The notes beneath the pieces were generated by a model that did no database searches, was not told where the DNA came from, and saw nothing but the letters and a program-made list of their open reading frames with translations. Both the position numbers and the translations under genes were made by a program. A DNA stretch of 64,000 nt. It comes from Cyanobacteria bacterium P01_F01_bin.150. Its GTDB lineage: Bacteria > Cyanobacteriota > Cyanobacteriia > CAKZMO01. The stretch lies in the NCBI GenBank assembly GCA_039189765.1, contig JBCCYL010000019.1:1-64000 (forward strand). The letters run 5' to 3'. Shown here in pieces: positions 18,489 through 28,445 of the stretch. Every line of letters starts with the position of its first letter. The stretch's first letter is position 1.

Positions 18489-19052
18489 TTACAAATCTAT
18501 GGGGCTATTGGTAGATTGGCTACCCTTCTCCCCATGGATTTCTTCTAACTGAAATTGATGCTGGTCATCCAAAACCCAAGAAAACACGTCAGATGCTTTT
18601 CCAGCAGGGACCGAAACAATGATGTAGGAATACTCTGGCCATGCACAGGCGCGATCGCACTCTGACGGCACGGCTGGATGATCGGGATGGGAATGATAAA
18701 TTCCAATAATATTCAGTCCATTATTTCTGGCGTACTTTTGGGCCGCCAGCATATCTTTTGGATCAATCCAATAGCGACGTCTTGTGGTTAGGGGCTGCTC
18801 TTGCCCACCGCTGATCGGAGTATCAAGCTGAGCATCGGATAACCGATTTCGTTCAGCCTCTACCATAGCCGATTGGGCCTCATCATCCCATGCATTTTTG
18901 ACGGGCCACAGCTCCACCAGCGTTTTTAACAGCGGTTCCTTTGCTTCACTTGCATCCACATGCCCCAACATCAGCCCACAACACTCATGGGGGTAAGTCT
19001 CTTCGGCATGTTTTTCAATAGATTGAAGATGACCAGGCTGAAGTAAAAGCAT
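18489..19052 (-). CDS. JAB/Mov34 (JAMM) metallopeptidase
   Basis: YPHECCGL and YHSHPDHPAVPSECD motifs; start uncertain (19052 or 19070). Confidence 0.88.
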   Translation of the reverse strand: MLLLQPGHLQSIEKHAEETYPHECCGLMLGHVDASEAKEPLLKTLVELWPVKNAWDDEAQSAMVEAERNRLSDAQLDTPISGGQEQPLTTRRRYWIDPKDMLAAQKYARNNGLNIIGIYHSHPDHPAVPSECDRACAWPEYSYIIVSVPAGKASDVFSWVLDDQHQFQLEEIHGEKGSQSTNSPIDL

Positions 19053-19165
19053 CGGTAAATATCCAAACAATGGGTATCAACTTTAGGCGGGTAGTGTGGA
19101 CGTGGAGCGCCCACACTACCGTTCATTTTATGTCCAGATAAAACCCAAAAGTCAAACCAAGAAAT

Positions 19166-19732
19166 TTAACGGCAGGTGCCTAAAGAAGCTAGATCGCGAT
19201 CGCGATTATTCCATCCTTCCACATAGGGTGCATTCGGATTACGGGCTGCAGCTCTTTCAGTGATAACGTGACAGGCCAGATCATCATCAGAATGATGCCA
19301 GTAGAGACTTGAAAAATATTGCCACGCCCCAACGCCATGCAGAAATGCAGTGTCAAAACAAACGGTGCGGGCAAAGTTAGACGAAAATCCATCACAACCC
19401 GCTGGAAGCCAAAAATCGTAGTAAGCCCACTCCTTTGCTTCTGCTTCCGATGACGGTAACGTATCAAAAAAAGTAGACGAATAGCCATGCACGGTATGTC
19501 CGCCATATTCAGCTTCAAAGCTGGCAACGCCACAATCCCATGTACAAGTAAAATCCCAGGCATCGTCATAGCGAGAGCTATTGGGTTGGGCATCCTCCGG
19601 CCAATAAAATGCCTGGGCAGGTTGGACAGAGAGAAGACTCGTACATGTGGAAAGGGCGATCGCTATTCCAGCCCCATACAGACCTTTAGCTAAAAAACCT
19701 TTCGTCAACTCTTTAGCTGATGGTAATTTCAT
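19166..19732 (-). CDS. Secreted protein, glycoside hydrolase family 108 (lysozyme)-like
   Basis: Signal peptide ending AQA; GGHTVHG, EAKEWAYYDFWLPAGCD, FDTAFLHGVG and GWNNR resemble GH108 motifs; AGGAG RBS. Confidence 0.6.
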   Translation of the reverse strand: MKLPSAKELTKGFLAKGLYGAGIAIALSTCTSLLSVQPAQAFYWPEDAQPNSSRYDDAWDFTCTWDCGVASFEAEYGGHTVHGYSSTFFDTLPSSEAEAKEWAYYDFWLPAGCDGFSSNFARTVCFDTAFLHGVGAWQYFSSLYWHHSDDDLACHVITERAAARNPNAPYVEGWNNRDRDLASLGTCR

Positions 19733-19868
19733 AGTAAGACTCCTGATTTGTGTTTAAGTTTGACGCTGCCAAAAAGGCAAAAGAACTCATGGGGGCGGAA
19801 GTGTAATCGAGATATTGAGAGAAACTGGAGCAGATAAGGCTGCCAGAAAAGGACGAATTAAGGACGAA

Positions 19869-20300
19869 TTATTGAAGGGTGAATTCGACGCTAAAGCCCC
19901 AATCCGTTTGAGAAGACGATCGTCCAGCACTATCGGATTCATAGCCCCCTTCATCTCCTTCGCTAGAGGTAGTTCCTTTTTGCATACACGCTGTAACCAC
20001 CGCCTCATCACCCCATTCCAAACAAGTGCTCAGAGCATCTCCAAGCCATTGCAAACACACTTGGGGTCCCCCAGAACCCACTTGAGAACACCCTGTAATC
20101 ATCAATCCACTCAGATCATCCGCAGGCTGCTCAACAAAAGGGTCGGGATTTAAGAAACCGCTACTCAATTGAATAGAAGTAGACGCTTGGTGTGAACCAG
20201 AGACAGGCCGAAGGACAGCCGTAGCGGTCAAAGGCCAGGCTAATACACAGGCCAATGTCGTCACAGAAGAAATACTAGACAGCATGACGCGATTCAACAT
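19869..20300 (-). CDS. Hypothetical secreted protein with four Cys in the mature region
   Basis: GAGGAG RBS before ATG 20300; signal-like N-terminus ending ATA. Confidence 0.6.
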   Translation of the reverse strand: MLNRVMLSSISSVTTLACVLAWPLTATAVLRPVSGSHQASTSIQLSSGFLNPDPFVEQPADDLSGLMITGCSQVGSGGPQVCLQWLGDALSTCLEWGDEAVVTACMQKGTTSSEGDEGGYESDSAGRSSSQTDWGFSVEFTLQ

Positions 20301-20674
20301 AGTTGAACTCCTCTCTAAACATTTTATGAGTTGAACAAACAATAAATAGAGCGTTTCAGGCATTAACTTGAGGCGATTCATAGAAGCACTTTAAGCTCTA
20401 CGTTTTTGTGTTAGAGCCTTGGATAGGCCTATTTCCTCTGCTGCACAAAAGAAATAGGCTCAACCCTAGGTCTGTAGCGCTATTCACCTCTACTGCTGTT
20501 GATCATGTTTTGCCTTAAAACGTAATTTTCTTAAGCCCAAGCAAATAGATTTATCTAAATAGATGCGACCTTCCTTCGTCGAAAAGGCTCTATACAAAGG
20601 AAGAGTACAGCCAAAATAAATCAACAAAAAATGCTTGTTAAATTCAATATAAGAGGGTTTTTAAAAATGGAGTA

Positions 20675-20691
20675 TAGGGTTTTAACCCCTC
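20675..20691. promoter_or_regulatory. HetR-box-like palindrome
   Basis: TAGGGTTTTAACCCCTC, 14/17 identical to the Anabaena hetP HetR site GAGGGGTCTAACCCCTC as I recall it. Confidence 0.55.
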
Positions 20692-21108
20692 ACTTTTAGC
20701 AAAATATTCAATTCCTTTTAGAGTGAAAAGTGATGCGTTTGAAAGATTCACAGAAAGAATATTACCTATCCATAAACCTCTCAACCCTAATTGGTATAGG
20801 CATTGCAATCTCAATCAATCAACCAAAACAGCTCAAATAAATTCATCAACATCAGTTAGGCAAAAGTCTATCAATATCTTAATTACTTAGGAATTAACTC
20901 ATAGTTAATTCCCACTCAATAGGAGAAAGGTCACGAATCTAGAATCTCTTCTTAATTTGAAAACTTGTACTACAAATTAAGAAGAGCTGCAATCAATGAT
21001 GGCTTAGGATACCCATGCTGACATTCCTACCCAACGCTGATGCTCGAATAACATATTTTTATATTAGAAATAATGTCAAAAATACTGAAAATTAAGAATG
21101 TAAGAAAA

Positions 21109-21121
21109 TGGGCTACACCCA
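21109..21121. promoter_or_regulatory. HetR-box-like palindrome
   Basis: TGGGCTACACCCA = GGG-N5-CCC. Confidence 0.45.
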
Positions 21122-21224
21122 CCTGCTCTCAATATCGGCATATTTCTTATTAGAAAATTCCTAATTGTGCCAATTCAGAAATTCATCATGCGATGAGCAA
21201 TGACTAGGGGGAGCTTACATATAG

Positions 21225-21235
21225 GGGTGAGACCC
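21225..21235. promoter_or_regulatory. HetR-box-like palindrome
   Basis: GGGTGAGACCC = GGG-N5-CCC. Confidence 0.45.
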
Positions 21236-21488
21236 TGCACATAATTAATGTACATAGAATTACTTACTTGAGATTTTGAATTTTCAAAAAGGCTAGGATT
21301 AAAATCAGCAAATAATTTAGGTTATTTGCATGATCATATTTTTAGAAATTCAAAACGTTAAGATGCGTAACAGAAAAAAATGGCTACTTTAACGTGATTT
21401 ATAAAATCACCATAACCCTTGGTTAAAGGGAGCTTAAAGCTATTTTGTTTTTTTAGAAACAGATTGATTGATTCATTCTTAAGCAAGT

Positions 21489-21505
21489 AAGGGGTTCTAC
21501 CCCTA
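21489..21505. promoter_or_regulatory. HetR-box-like palindrome
   Basis: AAGGGGTTCTACCCCTA with perfect AGGGGT/ACCCCT arms and 3-bp centre. Confidence 0.6.
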
Positions 21506-22098
21506 TACTCCCAGACAAATTTATTCGGTATTTGTTAATTACGGTCGAGTTAGTTATTTATAAAAAAAACAAAAGCAACTCAACCTTCGTTCTCTCTTGT
21601 AAAGTTCAAAATGAATTAGCCATATTTTCAGCTAATCATTTGGCAATGCCCTCATTTCCTAAAGGCATTGTAAACAGAGATTTGCCCTGTCTAAACTTCA
21701 TAGTTTTTCCGCCATTGAGATTACTCATTAGGACGATTAAAAAGATCTGTCAATAGTTCTCTCTTTCAATTGCTGTTGATAGTCCTCTTTGCTATGTAAT
21801 TTAGATACATTTTCTGAAAGCTAATAATGAGGCGATCGCCATTCAGGTGACGTCATTTAATCTGCTGTCAGAAATGAAATTTTGATTAAAAATATGGATG
21901 AGATGGCTTTTATTGATTTATTTGCCAGTCAATTTCATGTCCATTTTAATCGCAATTGTTCACTAACAAATGCACATAGGAGAAACAAATGAATACAGTT
22001 AGAGTTCACCTGGTTAGAAGAGCTGATGATCGAGGTTCAGGCAGATAGATAATATTCGATTATCCAATTTCACAGACATTAGTTATTCGGAGAAAACT

Positions 22099-22290
22099 AT
22101 GACTTTTTTATCAATTATCAAGACCGTTTTCCATATCTATTGTTCCAGCATTCTTTTTGGCAGCATATCGATGAAACCAGTATCCCCCCATACTGTGAAA
22201 AGCCCATTCAATCCTTCCCCCGTAATGATGGCAACGCATACCGATATGGCACCTACTGCACCACCAAAGGATCGGGGTTCAGGACGTTAG
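22099..22290 (+). CDS. patX: PatX/PatS-like RGSGR peptide precursor (putative HetR inhibitor)
   Basis: 63 aa, GGAG RBS, hydrophobic N-terminus, Pro-rich stretch, ends PTAPPKDRGSGR*; 57 bp upstream of hetR. Confidence 0.8.
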   Translation: MTFLSIIKTVFHIYCSSILFGSISMKPVSPHTVKSPFNPSPVMMATHTDMAPTAPPKDRGSGR

Positions 22291-22341
22291 AACCGCCCTA
22301 TGCAATGTCTAGAAAACTCGTGAAAGTATGTTTAGAGGTAA

Positions 22342-23253
<912 letters not shown>

Positions 23254-23309
23254 TGGCTAACACTAGCTGATGTTCAGCCCTTAGCCCCTTCTACTCCGCT
23301 TGCTCGGCG

Positions 23310-24311
23310 TTAGAATTGCTTCAAAAATCGGAGGTCGCTATTGTACAACCGACGGATATCGTCAATTTGATGCAGCACCATGGCAAAACGCTCAACTCCA
23401 AAACCTGCGGCAAAACCCGTGTACACCTCTGGGTCGTACCCCACATTTTGCAAAACATTGGGGTCCACCATGCCGCAGCCCAGCACCTCCAGCCAACGGC
23501 CACGCCAGCGCACATCGACTTCCGCAGACGGTTCGGTAAACGGGAAGAAGCTAGGACGGAAGCGGACCTCAATATCCCCAAACATCGCTTCCAAGAAGAC
23601 CTTGATTGTGCCCCTCAAATCAGTGAAGGTCAATCCTTTATCCACCGCTAAAATCTCTATTTGATGAAAGACAGCTGAGTGGGTAGCATCTACCGTATCC
23701 CGACGATATACCCGGCCAGGAGCAGCAATTCTAATCGGAGGCTCATTATTTTCCATGTAGCGGATTTGCACAGAGGAGGTGTGGGTCCGCAATAAATTAC
23801 CATCCGGTAAATAGAACGTATCCTGCATATCCCTTGCGGGGTGATCAGCGGGTGTATTCAGAGCCTCAAAATTGTAATAGTCGCTCTCCATCTGGGGACC
23901 CTGAGCGACCGTATAGCCCAGACCTGTAAAAACTTCTAGGGCACGCTCAATCGTACTCGTTAAGGGATGGATACGTCCTTGGGGCTTGTAAACACCAGGC
24001 ATTGTGACATCCAGGGTCTCAGCCGCAAGTTGGGCCTGAATCTGAGCCTGTTCGAGGGCAGTGCGGGATGCTTCTAAAGCGGTTTGAAGGGCAGTCTTTA
24101 CCTGATTGGCTAATGCTCCAATGACAGGCCGTTGCTGATCGTCCAGCTTACCCATCCCCTTGAGGACAATCGATAGTTCTCCCTTTTTCCCAAGATATTT
24201 AATGCGGAGTTCTTCCAGCACATCCAGGGTATTGGCAGACGCGATCGCCGCTTGGGCATCTTTTTGGAGTACTTTGAGTTGTTGTTCGAGTTCGTTGGGC
24301 GAGCTGGTCAT
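23310..24311 (-). CDS. pheS: Phenylalanine--tRNA ligase alpha subunit
   Basis: [39 protein letters not shown]; start set at MTSSPN. Confidence 0.97.
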   Translation of the reverse strand: MTSSPNELEQQLKVLQKDAQAAIASANTLDVLEELRIKYLGKKGELSIVLKGMGKLDDQQRPVIGALANQVKTALQTALEASRTALEQAQIQAQLAAETLDVTMPGVYKPQGRIHPLTSTIERALEVFTGLGYTVAQGPQMESDYYNFEALNTPADHPARDMQDTFYLPDGNLLRTHTSSVQIRYMENNEPPIRIAAPGRVYRRDTVDATHSAVFHQIEILAVDKGLTFTDLRGTIKVFLEAMFGDIEVRFRPSFFPFTEPSAEVDVRWRGRWLEVLGCGMVDPNVLQNVGYDPEVYTGFAAGFGVERFAMVLHQIDDIRRLYNSDLRFLKQF

Positions 24312-24411
24312 GCGGCTAGTTATATACAAATAGAAGAAGACGTAAAAAGTATAAACCCTGCTATTACAATATCGGACATAGCCATACCCAAGAAATAGAA
24401 AATAAACGCCA

Positions 24412-25245
24412 ATGAGACTTTTAGTTAGCAACGACGATGGCATCTTCGCTCAAGGCATTAAGATTCTTGCCAATACTTTAGCGGCCGCTGGTCATGAAGT
24501 TGTTGTTGTTTGTCCCGATCGAGAACGCTCAGCGACAGGCCATGGGTTGACATTACATAAGCCCATTCGAGCCGAGGAAATCAATTCTGTATTTGATGCT
24601 GACGTGAAAGCATGGGCCTGCTCTGGAACGCCATCGGACTGCGTAAAGCTAGCGTTAGGCGCTATCTTAGATACTCCCCCTGATTTGGTCCTATCAGGAA
24701 TTAATCATGGTCCCAACTTAGGGACTGATGTGCTGTATTCAGGGACAGTTTCAGCTGCAATGGAAGGCGTCATTGAAAATTTATCAGGCATTGCTTTTAG
24801 CTTAGCTAGCTTTTCTGCCAGTGAATTTAAGCCCGCTGCCAACTTTGCAAAATCTCTAGTAGCCTACATCGCTCAAAATCCCCTAAATGAGCCGACTTTG
24901 CTCAATGTCAATATTCCCCCCGTGCAGGAACATCAGATTAAGGGAGTGAGTTTTACCCGGCAGGGAATTCGACGCTACGAAGATCTTTTTGAGAAGCGAG
25001 TCGACCCACGGGGAAAAACCTATTATTGGCTAGCGGGAGAAGTAGTAGAGGATGATGATGGGGATTTGGACCGTCTTCCAAAGTGGGGTTTAGACTTGCC
25101 TCACCTGGAATGGCTCCAAAAAATAAGTACAGACGTTCAAGCCATTCGCAATCATTATATATCCATCACGCCTTTACAATATAATCTTAGCAATGTAACA
25201 GGTTTGACTAACTTACAACATTGGAAGATACATTTTCCTGTATAG
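24412..25245 (+). CDS. surE: 5'/3'-nucleotidase SurE
   Basis: [33 protein letters not shown]. Confidence 0.97.
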   Translation: MRLLVSNDDGIFAQGIKILANTLAAAGHEVVVVCPDRERSATGHGLTLHKPIRAEEINSVFDADVKAWACSGTPSDCVKLALGAILDTPPDLVLSGINHGPNLGTDVLYSGTVSAAMEGVIENLSGIAFSLASFSASEFKPAANFAKSLVAYIAQNPLNEPTLLNVNIPPVQEHQIKGVSFTRQGIRRYEDLFEKRVDPRGKTYYWLAGEVVEDDDGDLDRLPKWGLDLPHLEWLQKISTDVQAIRNHYISITPLQYNLSNVTGLTNLQHWKIHFPV

Positions 25246-25470
25246 AGGGTAGCATTACTGTAATTGCACTTTAGGGATGCAAGACATATACTGTCGGGCA
25301 TGGCTATAGTAAGTAAAGCAAGATTTGCCTCAGCAGCATGTCATTTAGTGAATTTATATATTTTTATTTGAGAAGTTGCTGGCAAAGATGGGTTCACTAG
25401 AGTTAATGTAGAGCACGTTCTACTAGAGGCCCAATATCAGGTACTAGTTGGAGTCTGGCGAAAAACGCTC

Positions 25471-26331
25471 ATGGCAGAGAAGCTAAACCACCAATTCAAA
25501 GTCCGCTTTTGGGGCGTTCGTGGCAGCATTGCATGCCCCGGACCCAAGACTGTTCGTTATGGCGGTAATACTTCTTGTATTGAGATGCATGTGGCAGGGC
25601 AACGTATTATTTTTGATGCTGGCACAGGAATAAGAGAGCTGGGACAGTCTTTACTTAAAGATATGCCGCTGAAAGCTAGCATGTTCTTTACCCACTCTCA
25701 TTGGGATCACATTCAAGGCTTTCCGTTTTTTGCTCCAGCCTTTGTTCCCGGTAACCAGTTTGATATCTACGGAATGATTGCGCCCAACGGTGCCACAATT
25801 GAACAGCGTCTCAACGCTCAGATGTTGCACCCTAATTTTCCAGTGCCACTCCAAATTATGGGTGCTAACCTAAATTTCTTCGATATTGATAAAGAAGAAA
25901 CGGTCACCCTTGATAACGGCGTTCGTGTCGAAAACTCTCTACTTAATCATCCCGGTGAAGCCATCGGGTATCGAGTATGCTGGAATGGCCATGCAGCAGC
26001 CTATGTTTCAGACACCGAGCACTTTACAGATCGCCTTGATGAAAATGTTATTCGTCTCTCACAGGATGCAGATGTTCTAATCTATGATGCAACCTATACA
26101 AATGAGGAATATTACAGCGAGAAAAGTAGCAAAGTCGGTTGGGGGCACTCTACCTGGCAAGAGGCTGTGAAAGTCGCAAAGGCAGCCAATGCTAAGCGGC
26201 TTGTGCTATTTCATCACGATCCCGTTCATGATGATGAGTTTATGGACAATATCAAAGACCTGACAGCCGCCCAATTTCCAAATGGAATGGTGGCCTGGGA
26301 AGGGTTAGAGATAGACCTATTAGACTCCTAA
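25471..26331 (+). CDS. MBL-fold metallo-hydrolase
   Basis: FWGVRGS, THSHWDHIQG, LFHHDP. Confidence 0.92.
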   Translation: MAEKLNHQFKVRFWGVRGSIACPGPKTVRYGGNTSCIEMHVAGQRIIFDAGTGIRELGQSLLKDMPLKASMFFTHSHWDHIQGFPFFAPAFVPGNQFDIYGMIAPNGATIEQRLNAQMLHPNFPVPLQIMGANLNFFDIDKEETVTLDNGVRVENSLLNHPGEAIGYRVCWNGHAAAYVSDTEHFTDRLDENVIRLSQDADVLIYDATYTNEEYYSEKSSKVGWGHSTWQEAVKVAKAANAKRLVLFHHDPVHDDEFMDNIKDLTAAQFPNGMVAWEGLEIDLLDS

Positions 26332-26396
26332 ATGAGCTTTTTTATGTCAGAATGTGAGGCGTAATATGATGCTGTGGGATAGCAATGCTCTAAAGC

Positions 26397-27329
26397 ATGG
26401 GAAATCAATCGCCAACTATTATTGCGCTGGGTAATTTTGATGGAATTCATCGTGGGCATCGTCAGGTAATTGACTCCATTTTGACGCAGTTTAAGGAATC
26501 TATCCAATCGAGTGCCAGGGTTGTCGTCTCGTTTGAACCCCATCCCCAAGAATTTTTTACAGGTATTCATCGCCCTTTGTTGACCCCATTGTCAGAGAAG
26601 CAGGATTATTTACGCTTGCTTGGGGTGGATGAATTGAGATTATTACCCTTTGATGCGGCTATGGCTCGACTGACCCCTAGAGAGTTTGTGGAATCTGTCC
26701 TAATTAAAGATTTAAATGTTCGGTCTATTAGTGTAGGTCAAAATTTTCGTTTTGGTCACCGCCGAGCAGGTAATACAGAAGATCTAAAAGCGATCGCCGC
26801 TGAACACGATATTCCAGTCTATATTGCACCACTGTATCGCTGTGGTAGCGAACGAGTGAGTAGTTCTGCTATCCGAAACGCATTAGACAAAGGGGATGTG
26901 AGTGCAGCCAAACGTCTTTTAGGTCGGCCTTATAGACTAATCGGGTCTGTGGTCAAAGGACAACAGTTGGGACGAACGCTCGGCTTTCCTACAGCCAACC
27001 TACACTTGCCCGATGATAAATTGAGGCCCAAGTATGGCGTATACGCCGTAAATGTGTTTATTCACGCCAATAATGGGTTTACCATGCCACAGGCATCTGA
27101 CCTGAAGCCATTGCCTGGAGTTATGAATATTGGTAATCGCCCCACTGTCGATGGATTCCAACAAACGACAGAAGTGCATCTATTGGATTGGCAAGGCGAT
27201 CTATATGGCAAGACAGTCACTGTTGAACTACTGTCCTTTTTAAGACCAGAACAACGATTTGATTCACTGGATGCTCTGAAAACACAAATTAGTCATGATT
27301 GTGAACAAGCGAGGTTGCTAAAGTTGTAA
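26397..27329 (+). CDS. ribF: Bifunctional riboflavin kinase/FAD synthetase
   Basis: GNFDGIHRGH, GRTLGFPTAN, NIGNRPTV. Confidence 0.97.
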   Translation: MGNQSPTIIALGNFDGIHRGHRQVIDSILTQFKESIQSSARVVVSFEPHPQEFFTGIHRPLLTPLSEKQDYLRLLGVDELRLLPFDAAMARLTPREFVESVLIKDLNVRSISVGQNFRFGHRRAGNTEDLKAIAAEHDIPVYIAPLYRCGSERVSSSAIRNALDKGDVSAAKRLLGRPYRLIGSVVKGQQLGRTLGFPTANLHLPDDKLRPKYGVYAVNVFIHANNGFTMPQASDLKPLPGVMNIGNRPTVDGFQQTTEVHLLDWQGDLYGKTVTVELLSFLRPEQRFDSLDALKTQISHDCEQARLLKL

Positions 27330-28309
27330 TGTCGGCACTTATTGTCATTTGTGGTCCCACTGCTACCGGGAAATCAGGGCTGGCGATCGCCATTGCCCAG
27401 CGAATTCGCGAGCAGGCCACTGAGCTGAAAACGTCGCATTCCAAGGCTAACTGGGGAAACTACACGGATGCGGTTATTCTTAGTGCAGACTCCCGCCAGA
27501 TTTATCGAAAGTTTGATATTGGCACAGCCAAACCATCAGCCGCTGAACAGGCCCAGGTCCCCCATTACCTAATTGATATTTGCGATCCAACGGTGACGTT
27601 AACCTTAGCCAATTATCAGGACCAAGCCCAAGCGTTGATTCAGAAATTTCATCATCCGACCGAGCAAATATCCTTATCAATGCCCCTATTGGTGGGTGGA
27701 ACCGGACTGTATATCAAATCGATTATTCGCGGACTTAAAATTCCTCGAGTAGCTCCCCAAGCAGAGTTGCGATCGCAGCTCACAGCCCTGGGACAACCCT
27801 ATGCCTATGCCCTTCTACAGCAAGTGGACGCGATCGCAGCTCAAATAATCCATCCCAATGATCAAGTGCGTACATTGAGAGCGCTAGAAGTGTTTTACGT
27901 GACAGGAAAACCAATTACAGATCAACAAGGAGAGAATCCACCTCATTATCCAGTTTTGCAAATTGGCCTAGACTGCGCCACTCTGAGTGACTTAGAGAGA
28001 CGCATTGCCCATCGTGTTGAGCAAATGGTGGAAAAGGGATTTGTCCAAGAAGTCGAGATTCTCTGCCAAATCTATGGAGCAGACTTACCGTTGATGAAGA
28101 CATTGGGCTACCAGGAATTTGCCCAGTTTTTGGCTGGCGATGTCTCATTACTGGACGCCAAGCACCTCACCGTACGCCACACTCGCCAGTTTGCCAAACG
28201 TCAGCGCACTTGGTTCCGCGCTGATTCCACTATTAACTGGTTTGATTCAGATGCACTGGATATTGTCGATCAAGTTTGGGAAAAAGTTCGAGATTTTTAT
28301 GTGAAATAG
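27329..28309 (+). CDS. miaA: tRNA dimethylallyltransferase
   Basis: GPTATGKS, DSRQIY, GTAKP, VGGTGLY, AKRQRTWFR. Confidence 0.97.
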   Translation: MSALIVICGPTATGKSGLAIAIAQRIREQATELKTSHSKANWGNYTDAVILSADSRQIYRKFDIGTAKPSAAEQAQVPHYLIDICDPTVTLTLANYQDQAQALIQKFHHPTEQISLSMPLLVGGTGLYIKSIIRGLKIPRVAPQAELRSQLTALGQPYAYALLQQVDAIAAQIIHPNDQVRTLRALEVFYVTGKPITDQQGENPPHYPVLQIGLDCATLSDLERRIAHRVEQMVEKGFVQEVEILCQIYGADLPLMKTLGYQEFAQFLAGDVSLLDAKHLTVRHTRQFAKRQRTWFRADSTINWFDSDALDIVDQVWEKVRDFYVK

Positions 28310-28321
28310 GTCAACCAAAAA

Positions 28322-28346
28322 CCCTGATTTTTCCAAAAAATCAGGG
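28322..28346. terminator. Hairpin between convergent miaA and RTX genes
   Basis: CCCTGATTTTT / AAAAATCAGGG inverted repeat; a second hairpin at ~28389-28428. Confidence 0.5.
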
Positions 28347-28445
28347 CTTCAACTCTAGCCGATGTCAAGATATGGTCGCATTGGTTAGGACGTGTTTGTG
28401 GAGGCACGACGCGCACTCACAAACACGTCTCCGGCTAGAAGAAGC

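Noticed and set aside
21532..21756. 74-aa ORF in hetR upstream region
   Set aside because: TTG start, no RBS, no recognisable features
21796..21808. NtcA site upstream of patX-hetR
   Set aside because: GTA-N7-TAC spacing, not the N8 consensus
24312..24443. N-terminal extension of pheS in the ORF track
   Set aside because: Overlaps the divergent surE start and promoter region; PheS-like sequence begins at MTSSPN
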